Origin: Candidatus Kapaibacterium sp.
GTDB taxonomy: Bacteria > Bacteroidota > Ignavibacteria > Kapaibacteriales > Kapaibacteriaceae
NCBI GenBank assembly: GCA_030830285.1
Contig: JAURNF010000218.1
Span: 3,354-67,353, forward strand
Reading direction: 5' to 3'
Length of the DNA stretch: 64,000 nt
In this document: piece after piece, positions 30,241 through 39,626 of the stretch
Layout of the letters: each line of letters opens with the position of its first letter
Numbering within the stretch: position 1 is the stretch's first letter
Translations under genes and position numbers: made by a program
Notes under the pieces: model-generated
Seen by the model: the letters and a program-made list of their open reading frames with translations, nothing else
What the model was told of the DNA's origin: nothing
Database searches by the model: none

Positions 30241-31083
30241 TTACGCGTAGACGTAACGAGCGCGTGTGATGCGGAAGTGACCGTACTCAAAGTCGCCGCT
30301 GTCAAGATTCCATACGAAGTCGACCTCTGTTGGAATCATCACACCTTCGACCTCTTCGTATGCCTTGCACACGAGTGTGAATGTCGCTTGCTCAAAGCCA
30401 CTCTTGTGATCGCGATACTTATCGTTCGTAACGATGCGATCAATCTGTCCGAGTTCATTTACGTGCACTGTTGCTGATACACGCGTCGTTCCATCAACAA
30501 TCGTTGCACGAGCGGTATTCGCATCAATCGGATCCCAGCGCAGCGTCTTCGTTGGCAACAATCCTGTTGGCAACCACACCTGCTCGCTCAACACACGGAA
30601 GAGCATCGACGCGTCGGTTTCCTTGCCTTCGTACTCCGAGAGCGTAAGCGCACCGTACAGCTTCACGTGACCATGTCCAATGCCGTTGACGTAGCTCAAT
30701 GTTGCTGTGCGCCACCAGAATGCGTTGTGACGTAGTCGTGCTTCCCACACAAAGCCAGGCTCCATACCTGAGAGTACTTCGGTAGCCTTCACGGTAAACC
30801 ACGGACGGTTGGGTCCGTGACGAAATCGCGCACGTTGCAACAACACTGCATAGCGAATGTTTGGATGACCATCCTTGAGTGCATATCGCAGGTAGCGTTG
30901 AATCGGCTCCGGCAAACCTTGCATGCGCTCATTCGAGATGTTTGGGAGCGCGTTCTTACCGATCGTTCGAATCAATCGCTTGATCGATCGTGCTGCAAAC
31001 AAACGTGACAATAATGCACTCGCCGTCATGAGAACGATGATCGTTCCCATCGAAGCAACAAGGATGTAGAGCAGTTTCGGCAT
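30241..31083 (-). CDS. Membrane-anchored hypothetical protein (DUF6544/DUF6920-like)
   Basis: N-terminal hydrophobic helix; LPEPIQRYLRY, PGFVW, WLPTGLLP, W...D...ARAT, EGVMIP..W; ATG at 31083 lies 7 nt after the upstream stop. Confidence 0.7.
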   Translation of the reverse strand: MPKLLYILVASMGTIIVLMTASALLSRLFAARSIKRLIRTIGKNALPNISNERMQGLPEPIQRYLRYALKDGHPNIRYAVLLQRARFRHGPNRPWFTVKATEVLSGMEPGFVWEARLRHNAFWWRTATLSYVNGIGHGHVKLYGALTLSEYEGKETDASMLFRVLSEQVWLPTGLLPTKTLRWDPIDANTARATIVDGTTRVSATVHVNELGQIDRIVTNDKYRDHKSGFEQATFTLVCKAYEEVEGVMIPTEVDFVWNLDSGDFEYGHFRITRARYVYA

Positions 31084-31090
31084 CACCGCA

Positions 31091-32464
31091 TCAGGACGTA
31101 CGTCCTGCCTCCCAGTTCGACAGATATCGAGAAGCTGTTTGCAACAGCTGTGTTCCAGCCATCGCAAGGACAACGAGTGGAACCAGCTTGAAGATACCAC
31201 GCCGGAGCGTTTGCTCAACGATTGCGGCACTGAAGATTGTACCAATCACGATAAATCCAACGAGCAGCGCACCAATCCATACAAGCAGCATTGGCGTTTC
31301 GATCTTCCGTTGGCGCACAATATCTGCGATCAGCACAACTGGGAACACGAGAAACACCCATCCCCAATAGTCAACATCGGCAATCACGTTGGTGAAGAGC
31401 GATGTGCTCACCGTCAGTGCGCGCGCAAGATCAAATCCTAGCAATTGGTCACTCGTAGACGGACGCACAGGGAGATATGCGTTGAAGTACAGCACATGCC
31501 AGAGTGCAAACACTACGCCCATTATCACCGACTGAACGACGAATGTCTGCGTGGCATGTTTCCATGATGAAGCTCGTGCAACAAGTGGAAGCGATGCAAT
31601 CAAGCCGAGCTCGACCAGAATGATGGCGTCCGTGCGCGACCAGCATGCTGCTGCAAAGAACACGGTCGACAACCACATCGACCCGCGATCATCTTCGCGA
31701 ATCGCACGCCAGAACAGTAGCACGCCAGGCACGAACATCGCAGCGTTTAGGTAATCCGTCTGAACGAGATACGTGTAGCCAAGCATCTCAGGGGTGAGCA
31801 GGAGCAGCAACCACAAGACATTTGCAAGCACATGGTGCAACGTTCGACGTAGTTCAACCCATGTGAACCACATGAAGCACACGGCAACGATAGGCACCCA
31901 CATCTGTCCGCTAGCATACCCCATCAGCCGATAGATCACCTGCAAGAACATTGCGAATGGAGCGTAGAAGGGTTGATTCGAGAGATGCTGCGATAAGAAT
32001 GGATCAGTGAAGACGCGATTAACTAGCGTTCCATCCTCGACTGCTGTCTTCGCAACAAGATCAATCCCCACGACGGCATCAAACGGCGTTACAGGCCAGT
32101 ACCATGCAGCCCAGAATGCGGCATACGCGAGGTACGATGCAAGGCCAAGTGTTACGATGTCTGAGAGAGAGAGCGACCACTTCGGCATGGCAGGCCATTC
32201 GCCATATGATTTCGACACACGTGGCCATGCAAGATTTGGGAGCACGGCCGCTACAACAGCAGAGATCATTCCGAGCGAGCGCGTGATCTCGACGGATGCA
32301 AGCGCACATGCGAAGAGCACAAGCGTGTGCATGAACATACCGATCAGCACTGCACTTGGAATTGCGACGCTTCGAGTAATGCGCGGACGCAGGAGTGCGA
32401 TCACGCCGAGTCCGGAGACCAGTTGCAAGAGAAGGGTGATTACGAGCGAGACTGTTGTGTTCAT
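31091..32464 (-). CDS. Multi-pass membrane protein, putative GT-C-fold glycosyltransferase
   Basis: About 12 hydrophobic segments; periplasmic-loop motif WPVTPFDA...K and YAP; DY...F and WSRTD motifs reminiscent of PMT/ArnT-like enzymes. Confidence 0.55.
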   Translation of the reverse strand: MNTTVSLVITLLLQLVSGLGVIALLRPRITRSVAIPSAVLIGMFMHTLVLFACALASVEITRSLGMISAVVAAVLPNLAWPRVSKSYGEWPAMPKWSLSLSDIVTLGLASYLAYAAFWAAWYWPVTPFDAVVGIDLVAKTAVEDGTLVNRVFTDPFLSQHLSNQPFYAPFAMFLQVIYRLMGYASGQMWVPIVAVCFMWFTWVELRRTLHHVLANVLWLLLLLTPEMLGYTYLVQTDYLNAAMFVPGVLLFWRAIREDDRGSMWLSTVFFAAACWSRTDAIILVELGLIASLPLVARASSWKHATQTFVVQSVIMGVVFALWHVLYFNAYLPVRPSTSDQLLGFDLARALTVSTSLFTNVIADVDYWGWVFLVFPVVLIADIVRQRKIETPMLLVWIGALLVGFIVIGTIFSAAIVEQTLRRGIFKLVPLVVLAMAGTQLLQTASRYLSNWEAGRTS

Positions 32465-32970
32465 TGCTCGCGTCCGTATTCGGTGAGCAATGAATCAATG
32501 TTGACGTTGCGACTTCCGCGTCGTGCAATCCAGATCATGTTTGGCTCGAGCACAATGAAGGCATTCGCCTGTGAGCGACGTGCAGCGTCGTTCCACGGAA
32601 TCACGTTGTGGAACCCAACCATCCATGCAAAGAACCGTGGGTCGGTCCAGTATGCCTTATCACGCATATAGCGATTGCCATACGACATCGGAGGGAGGAG
32701 CAATGTATCTGTCGGACGCAGGCGCGGTGCGATGTACTGAGGGATCTCGTAGTTAGCAACGTGTCGAGCGAACATGCGCTCGCTCATCTGACGTCGCTTG
32801 TTTAACGAATCGCGTTTCTCAGCGTAGAGTCCGATGCGCGATTGATACGATGCAGCGTATGGATTCGCATCCGAGTCGCCACCAACACTGATCAACACAT
32901 AGATCACGCCAACCATGATGATGGCCAGGATCACACCTTGCCGCGACATCACTGGTAGTCGGTCTGTCAT
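32461..32970 (-). CDS. Hypothetical protein with one N-terminal TM helix
   Basis: ATG at 32970, 13 nt after the atpG stop; 4-nt overlap with the next gene. Confidence 0.7.
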   Translation of the reverse strand: MTDRLPVMSRQGVILAIIMVGVIYVLISVGGDSDANPYAASYQSRIGLYAEKRDSLNKRRQMSERMFARHVANYEIPQYIAPRLRPTDTLLLPPMSYGNRYMRDKAYWTDPRFFAWMVGFHNVIPWNDAARRSQANAFIVLEPNMIWIARRGSRNVNIDSLLTEYGREQ

Positions 32971-32983
32971 CGAACTACTCGTG

Positions 32984-33865
32984 TTAGTTGCTCGAGAGTG
33001 CCTCTGCACCACCAACGATTTCCAACATTTCCTTCGTGATCGCAGCTTGGCGCTCACGGTTGTAGATCAGCTGGAGAGTCTTGATCAGATCACGTGCATT
33101 CGTTGTGGCGTTTTCCATCGCCATACGACGTGCAGCGTGCTCAGCAGCATTGGAGTCGAGCAGCGTGCGCCATACTTGCAACTTGATGTACATCGGCAGC
33201 AACGTATCGAGGATATCAGCACGTGACGGCTCGAAGATGTAGTCAACGCTTTGCTTTGAGGTAACAGTATTGGTGTCTGGTACGATTGGCAGGAGCTGCA
33301 TCGTGCGAACTTCCTGACGCATTACTGTGACGAACTCGTTGTACACGATTTCAACACGATCGAAGTTCTGCATCAAAAAGCCGTTCGACACCAGGTCTGC
33401 AATGTCAACAGCCGTGTCGTAGCTCAGCTTGCCGAATACATCATTGAATTCCTGCACAACAGCTTGTGGCGCCTTCTTCGCAGCGTTCACCGAGCGCTTA
33501 CCAACAGGAATGATGTTGATCGTAACGCCAGGGTGTTCAGCTTCAAGTGCTGCGATACGCGAGGAGAGAACGCGAAGCATGTTCGTGTTGAACGCACCGC
33601 ACAAGCCACGGTCGGATGATACCGCGATGATGGCGATCGAGCTCACGGTCTTCCGTGATTCGAAGAACGGATGTACGAACTCTGTGTCGGCCATCGCAAG
33701 GTTGCCCAGAATCTTCTGGACTTGCTGCGCGAACGGACGTGCGGCAGTGATTGCATCTTGTGCGCGACGCAGCTTTGCCGTAGCCACCATGCTCATCGCC
33801 TGGGTGATCTTCGACGTGTTCTTGACCGACGTAATGCGGTCACGTGTTTCGCGTAGGGTTGCCAT
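32984..33865 (-). CDS. atpG: ATP synthase F1 gamma subunit
   Basis: KITQAMSMVA, SDRGLCGAFN, AEHAARRMAM, YNRERQAAITKEMLEIVGGA. Confidence 0.98.
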   Translation of the reverse strand: MATLRETRDRITSVKNTSKITQAMSMVATAKLRRAQDAITAARPFAQQVQKILGNLAMADTEFVHPFFESRKTVSSIAIIAVSSDRGLCGAFNTNMLRVLSSRIAALEAEHPGVTINIIPVGKRSVNAAKKAPQAVVQEFNDVFGKLSYDTAVDIADLVSNGFLMQNFDRVEIVYNEFVTVMRQEVRTMQLLPIVPDTNTVTSKQSVDYIFEPSRADILDTLLPMYIKLQVWRTLLDSNAAEHAARRMAMENATTNARDLIKTLQLIYNRERQAAITKEMLEIVGGAEALSSN

Positions 33866-33894
33866 CCGATTTTTCCGTTCTCGTCAATTGAGGT

Positions 33895-34857
33895 TCACAA
33901 ATTCGGCCAGTCCTTGAGGAGGTATCCTCGGACATAGTCAGCAACAGTGTCTTCAAGGCTTCCGAATGCAACGTCTGGCATCGCTGCCTGAAACGTCGAC
34001 ATATCGGCTTGGGTGTAGTTCTGGTATTGCTTGGCGAGTCCGTCTGGCATGTCGATATAGGATATCGACACTGGACGACCCATAGCGGCGAACACCGACG
34101 TCATGAGATCATTCCACGAGCGTGCTACGCCTGTTCCGAGATTGAAAATGCCGTTGACATCGTGTCGATGCAACAGCTTCATGATCACGTCGCAGACATC
34201 CTTCACGTAGATGAAGTCACGCATCTGTCCGCCATCGCCGAACCGCTCGTCTGTGCTCTTGAACAGCGTCACCGAACCTGTGTCGGCGATCTGCTGTACG
34301 GCCTTCGATACCATGCTGGCCATCGGGCCCTTATGGTATTCGTTCGGACCAAACACGTTGAAGAACTTTAATCCGACACACGACGCGTCGAACCCATTCG
34401 AGCGAACCCACTGATCGAACAGATGCTTCGCGTAGCCGTACATGTTCAACGGACGTAGGTCAGTTGTTGTATCAGCGTAGCCTCGAGATCCATCGCCGTA
34501 GGTTGCCGCACTGCTCGCGTAGATGAATCGTGCACCAACTTCTGCTGCGAACTCCGCTACATCAACGCTGTAGCGGTAGTTGTTGTCGTACAGATAGTCA
34601 GCGTCAGACTCAGTTGTCGACGAGCATGCACCCAAGTGAATGATAGCCTCGACGTCGTCATCGACATCGCCGACCGCCATCATATCCCTGAATTCCTGTT
34701 TGCTAACAATGCCAATGAACGTACGGTCTACAAGATTCTTCCACTTGTGTCCCGTGCCCAGCGAATCCACAACAAGCACATCCTCTCGTCCAGCGGCGTT
34801 GAGCGATGCCAACACGCAGCTTCCAATGAAGCCAGCACCACCTGTGAGGATGATCAT
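33895..34857 (-). CDS. hldD: ADP-L-glycero-D-manno-heptose 6-epimerase
   Basis: MIILTGGAGFIGS, HLGACSSTTE, YASSAATYG, PLNMYGYAK, FFNVFGPNEYHKG.MAS, YQNYTQAD. Confidence 0.93.
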   Translation of the reverse strand: MIILTGGAGFIGSCVLASLNAAGREDVLVVDSLGTGHKWKNLVDRTFIGIVSKQEFRDMMAVGDVDDDVEAIIHLGACSSTTESDADYLYDNNYRYSVDVAEFAAEVGARFIYASSAATYGDGSRGYADTTTDLRPLNMYGYAKHLFDQWVRSNGFDASCVGLKFFNVFGPNEYHKGPMASMVSKAVQQIADTGSVTLFKSTDERFGDGGQMRDFIYVKDVCDVIMKLLHRHDVNGIFNLGTGVARSWNDLMTSVFAAMGRPVSISYIDMPDGLAKQYQNYTQADMSTFQAAMPDVAFGSLEDTVADYVRGYLLKDWPNL

Positions 34858-34872
34858 CTCGTGGTTCCTGGA

Positions 34873-36423
34873 TTAGAGTGCTGCAGCGAAGCGCTCTGTG
34901 AAGCTCTTCAACGCAGCATTGAGGTTCGCTACAATCTCGTCTGTGAGTGCCTTCTGGGTGCGCAATCCATCGATGATGTTCGCGTGTCCTGCATGCACAA
35001 ACTCAAGTAGCTCTGTTTCGTACTTCTTGATGCTTTCCACTGGGAGCTCATCCATGAAGCCGCTCGAAGCCGCATAGATCACAACGATCTGGTCTTCGAC
35101 AGGCACCGGAGAGTACTGTGGTTGCTTCATCACTTCAAGCAGACGTGCGCCGCGGCGAAGCTGCTGAAGTGTTGTCTTATCGAGGTCTGATCCAAATCGC
35201 GCAAACGCTTCGAGAGCGCGATACTGCGCAAGGTCGAGCTTGAGTGGACCAGCAACCTTCTTCATCGCCTTGATCTGTGCATTACCACCCACACGTGATA
35301 CCGAGATACCAACGTTGAGAGCTGGACGCACACCAGCGTTGAACAAGCTTGGCTCGAGGTAGATCTGACCGTCTGTAATCGAGATCACGTTCGTTGGGAT
35401 GTACGCCGACACGTCGCCTGCTTGTGTTTCGATCACAGGGAGAGCAGTGAGCGAACCGCCACCAAGTGCATCAGAGAGCTTTGCAGCACGTTCCAGAAGA
35501 CGTGAGTGGAGATAGAACACGTCGCCCGGATATGCTTCACGTCCTGGTGGACGGCGCAGAAGGAGCGATACCTGACGGTACGAAGCTGCTTGCTTTGAAA
35601 GGTCATCATACACCACAAGTGCGTGACGTCCGCTATCGCGGAAGTACTCACCCATCGAGCAGCCTGAGTACGGTGCGATAAACTGCAGTGGCGCTGGGTC
35701 GGAAGCAGTAGCGCTCACAACCGTTGTGTACGCCATTGCGCCGTACTTCTCGAGTGTTGAAACAACGTTCGCAACTGTCGAGCCCTTCTGACCAATCGCA
35801 ACGTAGATACAGAACACTGGCTCAATACCTTGTGCTGCTGCTTCTGGTGTGTGCGTGTACTTCTGGTTGATGATTGCATCGAGTGCAACAACCGTCTTAC
35901 CTGTCTGACGGTCACCAATGATCAACTCACGCTGACCGCGACCGATTGGGATGAGCGAGTCAATCGCCTTCACACCTGTTTGCAGTGGCTGCGTAACTGG
36001 TTGACGGTCGATCACGCCGAGAGCCTTGCGCTCGATCGGATAGAACTTTGATTCCTTGATTGGCCCCTTACCATCGATCGGACGTCCAAGTGGGTCGACA
36101 ACGCGACCAATCAGACCCTCACCGACAGGTACCGATGCGATACGACCGGTACGACGAGCTTGATCGCCTTCCTTCACAAGCGAGTCATCACCGAACAACA
36201 CGCAACCAACATTGTCCTCTTCAAGGTTGAGAACCATGCCAACCACGCCATTCGGGAACTCGACGAGCTCGGAGGCCATCACGTTTGTGAGACCGTATAC
36301 GCGCGCCACACCGTCACCGATTTGGAGTACGGTACCGACTTCATAAACATCCGTCTCCTTTTCGAATCCCGTCAACTGGCGACGGAGAATCGCGGAGATC
36401 TCATCTGGACGAACTTCAGACAT
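34873..36423 (-). CDS. atpA: ATP synthase F1 alpha subunit
   Basis: [32 protein letters not shown]. Confidence 0.99.
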   Translation of the reverse strand: MSEVRPDEISAILRRQLTGFEKETDVYEVGTVLQIGDGVARVYGLTNVMASELVEFPNGVVGMVLNLEEDNVGCVLFGDDSLVKEGDQARRTGRIASVPVGEGLIGRVVDPLGRPIDGKGPIKESKFYPIERKALGVIDRQPVTQPLQTGVKAIDSLIPIGRGQRELIIGDRQTGKTVVALDAIINQKYTHTPEAAAQGIEPVFCIYVAIGQKGSTVANVVSTLEKYGAMAYTTVVSATASDPAPLQFIAPYSGCSMGEYFRDSGRHALVVYDDLSKQAASYRQVSLLLRRPPGREAYPGDVFYLHSRLLERAAKLSDALGGGSLTALPVIETQAGDVSAYIPTNVISITDGQIYLEPSLFNAGVRPALNVGISVSRVGGNAQIKAMKKVAGPLKLDLAQYRALEAFARFGSDLDKTTLQQLRRGARLLEVMKQPQYSPVPVEDQIVVIYAASSGFMDELPVESIKKYETELLEFVHAGHANIIDGLRTQKALTDEIVANLNAALKSFTERFAAAL

Positions 36424-36466
36424 GCGATTGAATCCTTTAGAGTTTGTTCACGTCGTAAAAGGGTGA

Positions 36467-37006
36467 TTACGCCACAGCAAGCTTGTCCTTGAGGACATAC
36501 AGCTGATGGCGAATCGATCCGTCAAGCACTTGGTCGCCGACACGGATCACTGCACCACCAAGGATGCTTGGATCCGTCGCGTACGTTGCCACGATGGTCT
36601 TCTTGAGTCGAGCACTAATTGCTGATTCGAGTTGCGAACGCTCTTGTGCACCAAGCTCAACAGCTGATGTCACACTGATACGCTCAATGTTCTTGCGATC
36701 GTCAAGCAGAGCGCGGTATTCCATGACGATTTCGCGCCAGAGATCTCCACGACCCTTGTTGATGATCAGCTTCAAGAACTCCATCGTCAGCGGGTTGATG
36801 GCAGAGCCCAACGCTTCCTTCAGCACGGAGAGCTTCACCGCAGCATCGATGATCGGACTGCGCATCATCGCACGGAAGTCTGCCGAGCTCGCGCCCAGCA
36901 ACTCTACCGTGGCGAGATCTGTTGCGACCACGTCATCCAGCTTGTGTTCAATTGCCGTTTCGAGAACTGACTTCGCGTAACGGCGTGCAATCTTCAGAGT
37001 TGACAT
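36467..37006 (-). CDS. atpH: ATP synthase delta subunit
   Basis: ARRYAK, VTSAVEL, DPSILGG..IRVGD..LDGS. Confidence 0.95.
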   Translation of the reverse strand: MSTLKIARRYAKSVLETAIEHKLDDVVATDLATVELLGASSADFRAMMRSPIIDAAVKLSVLKEALGSAINPLTMEFLKLIINKGRGDLWREIVMEYRALLDDRKNIERISVTSAVELGAQERSQLESAISARLKKTIVATYATDPSILGGAVIRVGDQVLDGSIRHQLYVLKDKLAVA

Positions 37007-37501
37007 TTAGTTCTTCGAGAGTTCGTTGACATAACCTTCGACGATACGCTTGTGATCGTCGCCCTGCAGATTGCGTCCGAGCAACTTCTCGGTTGCATCA
37101 ACAACAAGTGTTGCCACTTCAGCGCGCAGCTGCTTGATTGCCTCGTCCTTTTGACGCTCAATCTCGCGCTGCGACTCAACAAGCTTCTGCTGCTTTACAG
37201 CTTCTGCATCATCTCCAGCCTTGCGAACCATGGCTTCAGCTTGCGCCTTGCCTTCGCGTACGATGGCCATCATCTCTTGCTGCGCACCTGCGATGCGCTC
37301 CTTACTCTCTGCAAGGATCTTGGTGGCTTCTGCATTGGCCTTCTCCGCGTTGGCGATTGCATTGGCAATCGTTTGCTCACGTGCTTCAAGACCAGCGCGC
37401 ATTGGCTTGTAGAAAAACTTCGCAATGATGAACACGAAGATGGAGAAGTTGACAAGGGTCCAAATGATCAGACCCGGGCTCATCTCAAGAAATGAAGGCA
37501 T
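37007..37501 (-). CDS. atpF: ATP synthase Fo b subunit
   Basis: PGLIIWT..NF TM helix followed by a long coiled coil; position in the operon. Confidence 0.95.
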   Translation of the reverse strand: MPSFLEMSPGLIIWTLVNFSIFVFIIAKFFYKPMRAGLEAREQTIANAIANAEKANAEATKILAESKERIAGAQQEMMAIVREGKAQAEAMVRKAGDDAEAVKQQKLVESQREIERQKDEAIKQLRAEVATLVVDATEKLLGRNLQGDDHKRIVEGYVNELSKN

Positions 37502-37531
37502 GGCAAGACGAGAATTACGGAGTGAAGGAAT

Positions 37532-37620
37532 GTCGTCATTGGACGACGTGTGTCACCACACATCGGTCGTAGAGCTCCACAGTGTGCGAACTCTACGACC
37601 GACCCCGACGTGCGGGGTCG
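37532..37620 (-). other. Array of four RNA hairpins in the atpE-atpF spacer
   Basis: GTCGTC/GACGAC (37532-47), GTGTG/CACAC (37548-61), TCGGTCGTAGAG/CTCTACGACCGA (37563-602), CGACCCCG/CGGGGTCG (37600-20). Confidence 0.7.
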
Positions 37621-37635
37621 TGAATCGTCGTCGCG

Positions 37636-37866
37636 TTAGCTCTTGACAGCGAGGAGAATACAGATAACGCCTGCGAGAAGTGCAACACCTTCGATAAGAG
37701 CTGCACCGATGATCATCGTTGTACGGATGTCACCAGCGTTTTCTGGCTGACGGCTTGAGGCTTCGAGAGCAGCAGCCGCAAGACGACCGATACCTGTGCC
37801 TACGCCGAAAACTGTTACGCCAACACCAAGACCTGCAGAAAGCCAAGCAAATGCAACTGCTTCCAT
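37636..37866 (-). CDS. atpE: ATP synthase Fo c subunit (likely H+-coupled)
   Basis: GxGxG helix, SRQPE loop, ALIEG with the ion-carrying Glu; GGAGG upstream. Confidence 0.96.
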   Translation of the reverse strand: MEAVAFAWLSAGLGVGVTVFGVGTGIGRLAAAALEASSRQPENAGDIRTTMIIGAALIEGVALLAGVICILLAVKS

Positions 37867-37920
37867 TGTGTAAACCTCCAGATGATGAGAATGTGAATTG
37901 GTTTCGAAATCAGTGAACGA

Positions 37921-38949
37921 TTAGTGCGCGTGTGCATCGCCATGATGATCATCGTGTGCATGATCACCAAGAGCAAGACCCACGAACACAGATGCGAGCA
38001 TAGCAAAGATGTAGGCCTGCAAGAAGGCCACGAGAAGTTCAAGCATATAGATGAACACGGAGAACGCTACGCTCACCGGAGTTACCATCCAGCTCTTGAA
38101 GAAGAAGATGAGTCCTACCAACGACAACAACACGATGTGTCCAGCCGTCATGTTGGCGAACAAACGAATCATCAACGCGAACGGCTTGGTGAAGAGCGAG
38201 ATGAGTTCGATCGGAACCATGATTGGGAACATGTACCACGGTGCGCCACCCAACAAGTGGTGCAGCCACGACTTAATTCCAGCGTCCTTGATGGCAACGA
38301 AATTCACCACGATAAACGTCGTAAGTGCCAACGCAGCAGTTACACCCAACGCACCAGTTGCTGCGTGGCAACCAGGCATCAGACCAACAAGGTTGAGTGT
38401 GAGCACGAAGAAGAAGATGCCAAGGATGTACGGCATCAGTCGGTGCGCGCGTGCATCAGTACCAACGTTCGGACGTACGATTTCGTCGCGCACGTAGAGC
38501 ACGAGTGACTCAACAACATTCTGCAGACCCTTCGGTGCTTGCAATGCGTTCTTGATGTATCCACCGCGTGCGATACCAAACACAATCGTTGCAATCAGGA
38601 TTGCGATGAACTCGTACGCAACAAAGTTCGTGACCGACAGATCCAGCTTCGGGCTTGCGCCAGTGGATGTGCGCACGATGTGATGTTCGTGTTCTGGGTG
38701 ATGCATCGTGAACACGCCAGCCTGCTCCATCGCGTCGACGTTTGGATAGACGTGGAATCCGTCGTCCACAAGCATCACCGGTAGGATCTTGTAGTGTCCG
38801 AAGAAGATGTTCAGCTCGTGGTGGTCCCCAAGCGAGTTGAGCAGCGTGGTAAATACCTCGCTACCCTCAGGATTGGTATGACCATCAGCGCCGTGCGTCT
38901 GCTCGGCGTGCTGAAGGGAGTCGGAGTGTGCGTTAGCGGTATTGCTCAT
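37921..38949 (-). CDS. atpB: ATP synthase Fo a subunit
   Basis: KPFALMIRLFANMTAGH, ELLVAFLQAYIF; long N-terminal extension as in Bacteroidota. Confidence 0.97.
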   Translation of the reverse strand: MSNTANAHSDSLQHAEQTHGADGHTNPEGSEVFTTLLNSLGDHHELNIFFGHYKILPVMLVDDGFHVYPNVDAMEQAGVFTMHHPEHEHHIVRTSTGASPKLDLSVTNFVAYEFIAILIATIVFGIARGGYIKNALQAPKGLQNVVESLVLYVRDEIVRPNVGTDARAHRLMPYILGIFFFVLTLNLVGLMPGCHAATGALGVTAALALTTFIVVNFVAIKDAGIKSWLHHLLGGAPWYMFPIMVPIELISLFTKPFALMIRLFANMTAGHIVLLSLVGLIFFFKSWMVTPVSVAFSVFIYMLELLVAFLQAYIFAMLASVFVGLALGDHAHDDHHGDAHAH

Positions 38950-39338
38950 GGGTGTACGAGTACCAACATCAGGTCAGAGGTTTTTTTTTTCAAGAGATCC
39001 GTCACCGGTCTGCGTGATTGCCGTTTGGCGTTCTCGTAGGACCGATGAAAAAAAAAGATCTCCGCGAGGAGAAACACGAAGCACGAAATCGCAAACGTTA
39101 ATGAGAATGCAACTTGGTGCATACTAATCACGCTGAGACAGTACCATGCGCTCACCATCACGATGATCGCGCGCAGTCCAAGACTTCCAAAGATCATTGC
39201 GAGAAACACGTTGAGGTCCTTGCCGAACGCCAATCGCGATACAACCCATCCGAGCGCTGTGTTGATCACACAGATCCCCAACGCTGTTAGGACTGCCGCC
39301 AAAGGCCCTGCAGATTCCACGATGGTGCATTCTCCCAA
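38946..39338 (-). CDS. AtpI-like membrane protein
   Basis: Three to four hydrophobic helices; 4-nt overlap with the atpB start. Confidence 0.65.
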   Translation of the reverse strand: MGECTIVESAGPLAAVLTALGICVINTALGWVVSRLAFGKDLNVFLAMIFGSLGLRAIIVMVSAWYCLSVISMHQVAFSLTFAISCFVFLLAEIFFFHRSYENAKRQSRRPVTDLLKKKTSDLMLVLVHP

Positions 39339-39341
39339 TGA

Positions 39342-39581
39342 TTAGGTTTCTTGATCGTCACGCTGTGCGCGTTTCCCAAGTTGTTGTACAACACGAAGAA
39401 ACTGCACGAGGCCCACGGTTGATCCAACAACAACACTGCCAAGGAGAGCCCATGGCTCGGTGTTATATGTTGCATCAATCCACCATCCAACGACAGCACA
39501 ACCACACACCGCTGCGGCAAGCTGCACCCCAAGTGTGAGATAGGGTGCGAGCTGTTGCATAACCGACTCGCGTTGATGCAT
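39342..39581 (-). CDS. AtpZ/AtpI-family small membrane protein
   Basis: LG.QLA...GWWID..YNTEPW..L motif with two TM helices; first gene of the atp operon. Confidence 0.8.
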   Translation of the reverse strand: MHQRESVMQQLAPYLTLGVQLAAAVCGCAVVGWWIDATYNTEPWALLGSVVVGSTVGLVQFLRVVQQLGKRAQRDDQET

Positions 39582-39605
39582 GGTCAGACCAACGTTAATG
39601 GCGCG

Positions 39606-39613
39606 CAAAAATA
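39606..39613 (-). promoter_or_regulatory. -7 promoter element (TATTTTTG) of the atp operon
   Basis: CCTATTTTTGCGC, 24 nt upstream of the ATG at 39581. Confidence 0.6.
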
Positions 39614-39626
39614 GGTCGTTTAGGGG

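Noticed and set aside
32984..39581. Absence of atpD and atpC from the atp operon
   Set aside because: A separate atpDC locus is common in Bacteroidota and Chlorobi; not novel.
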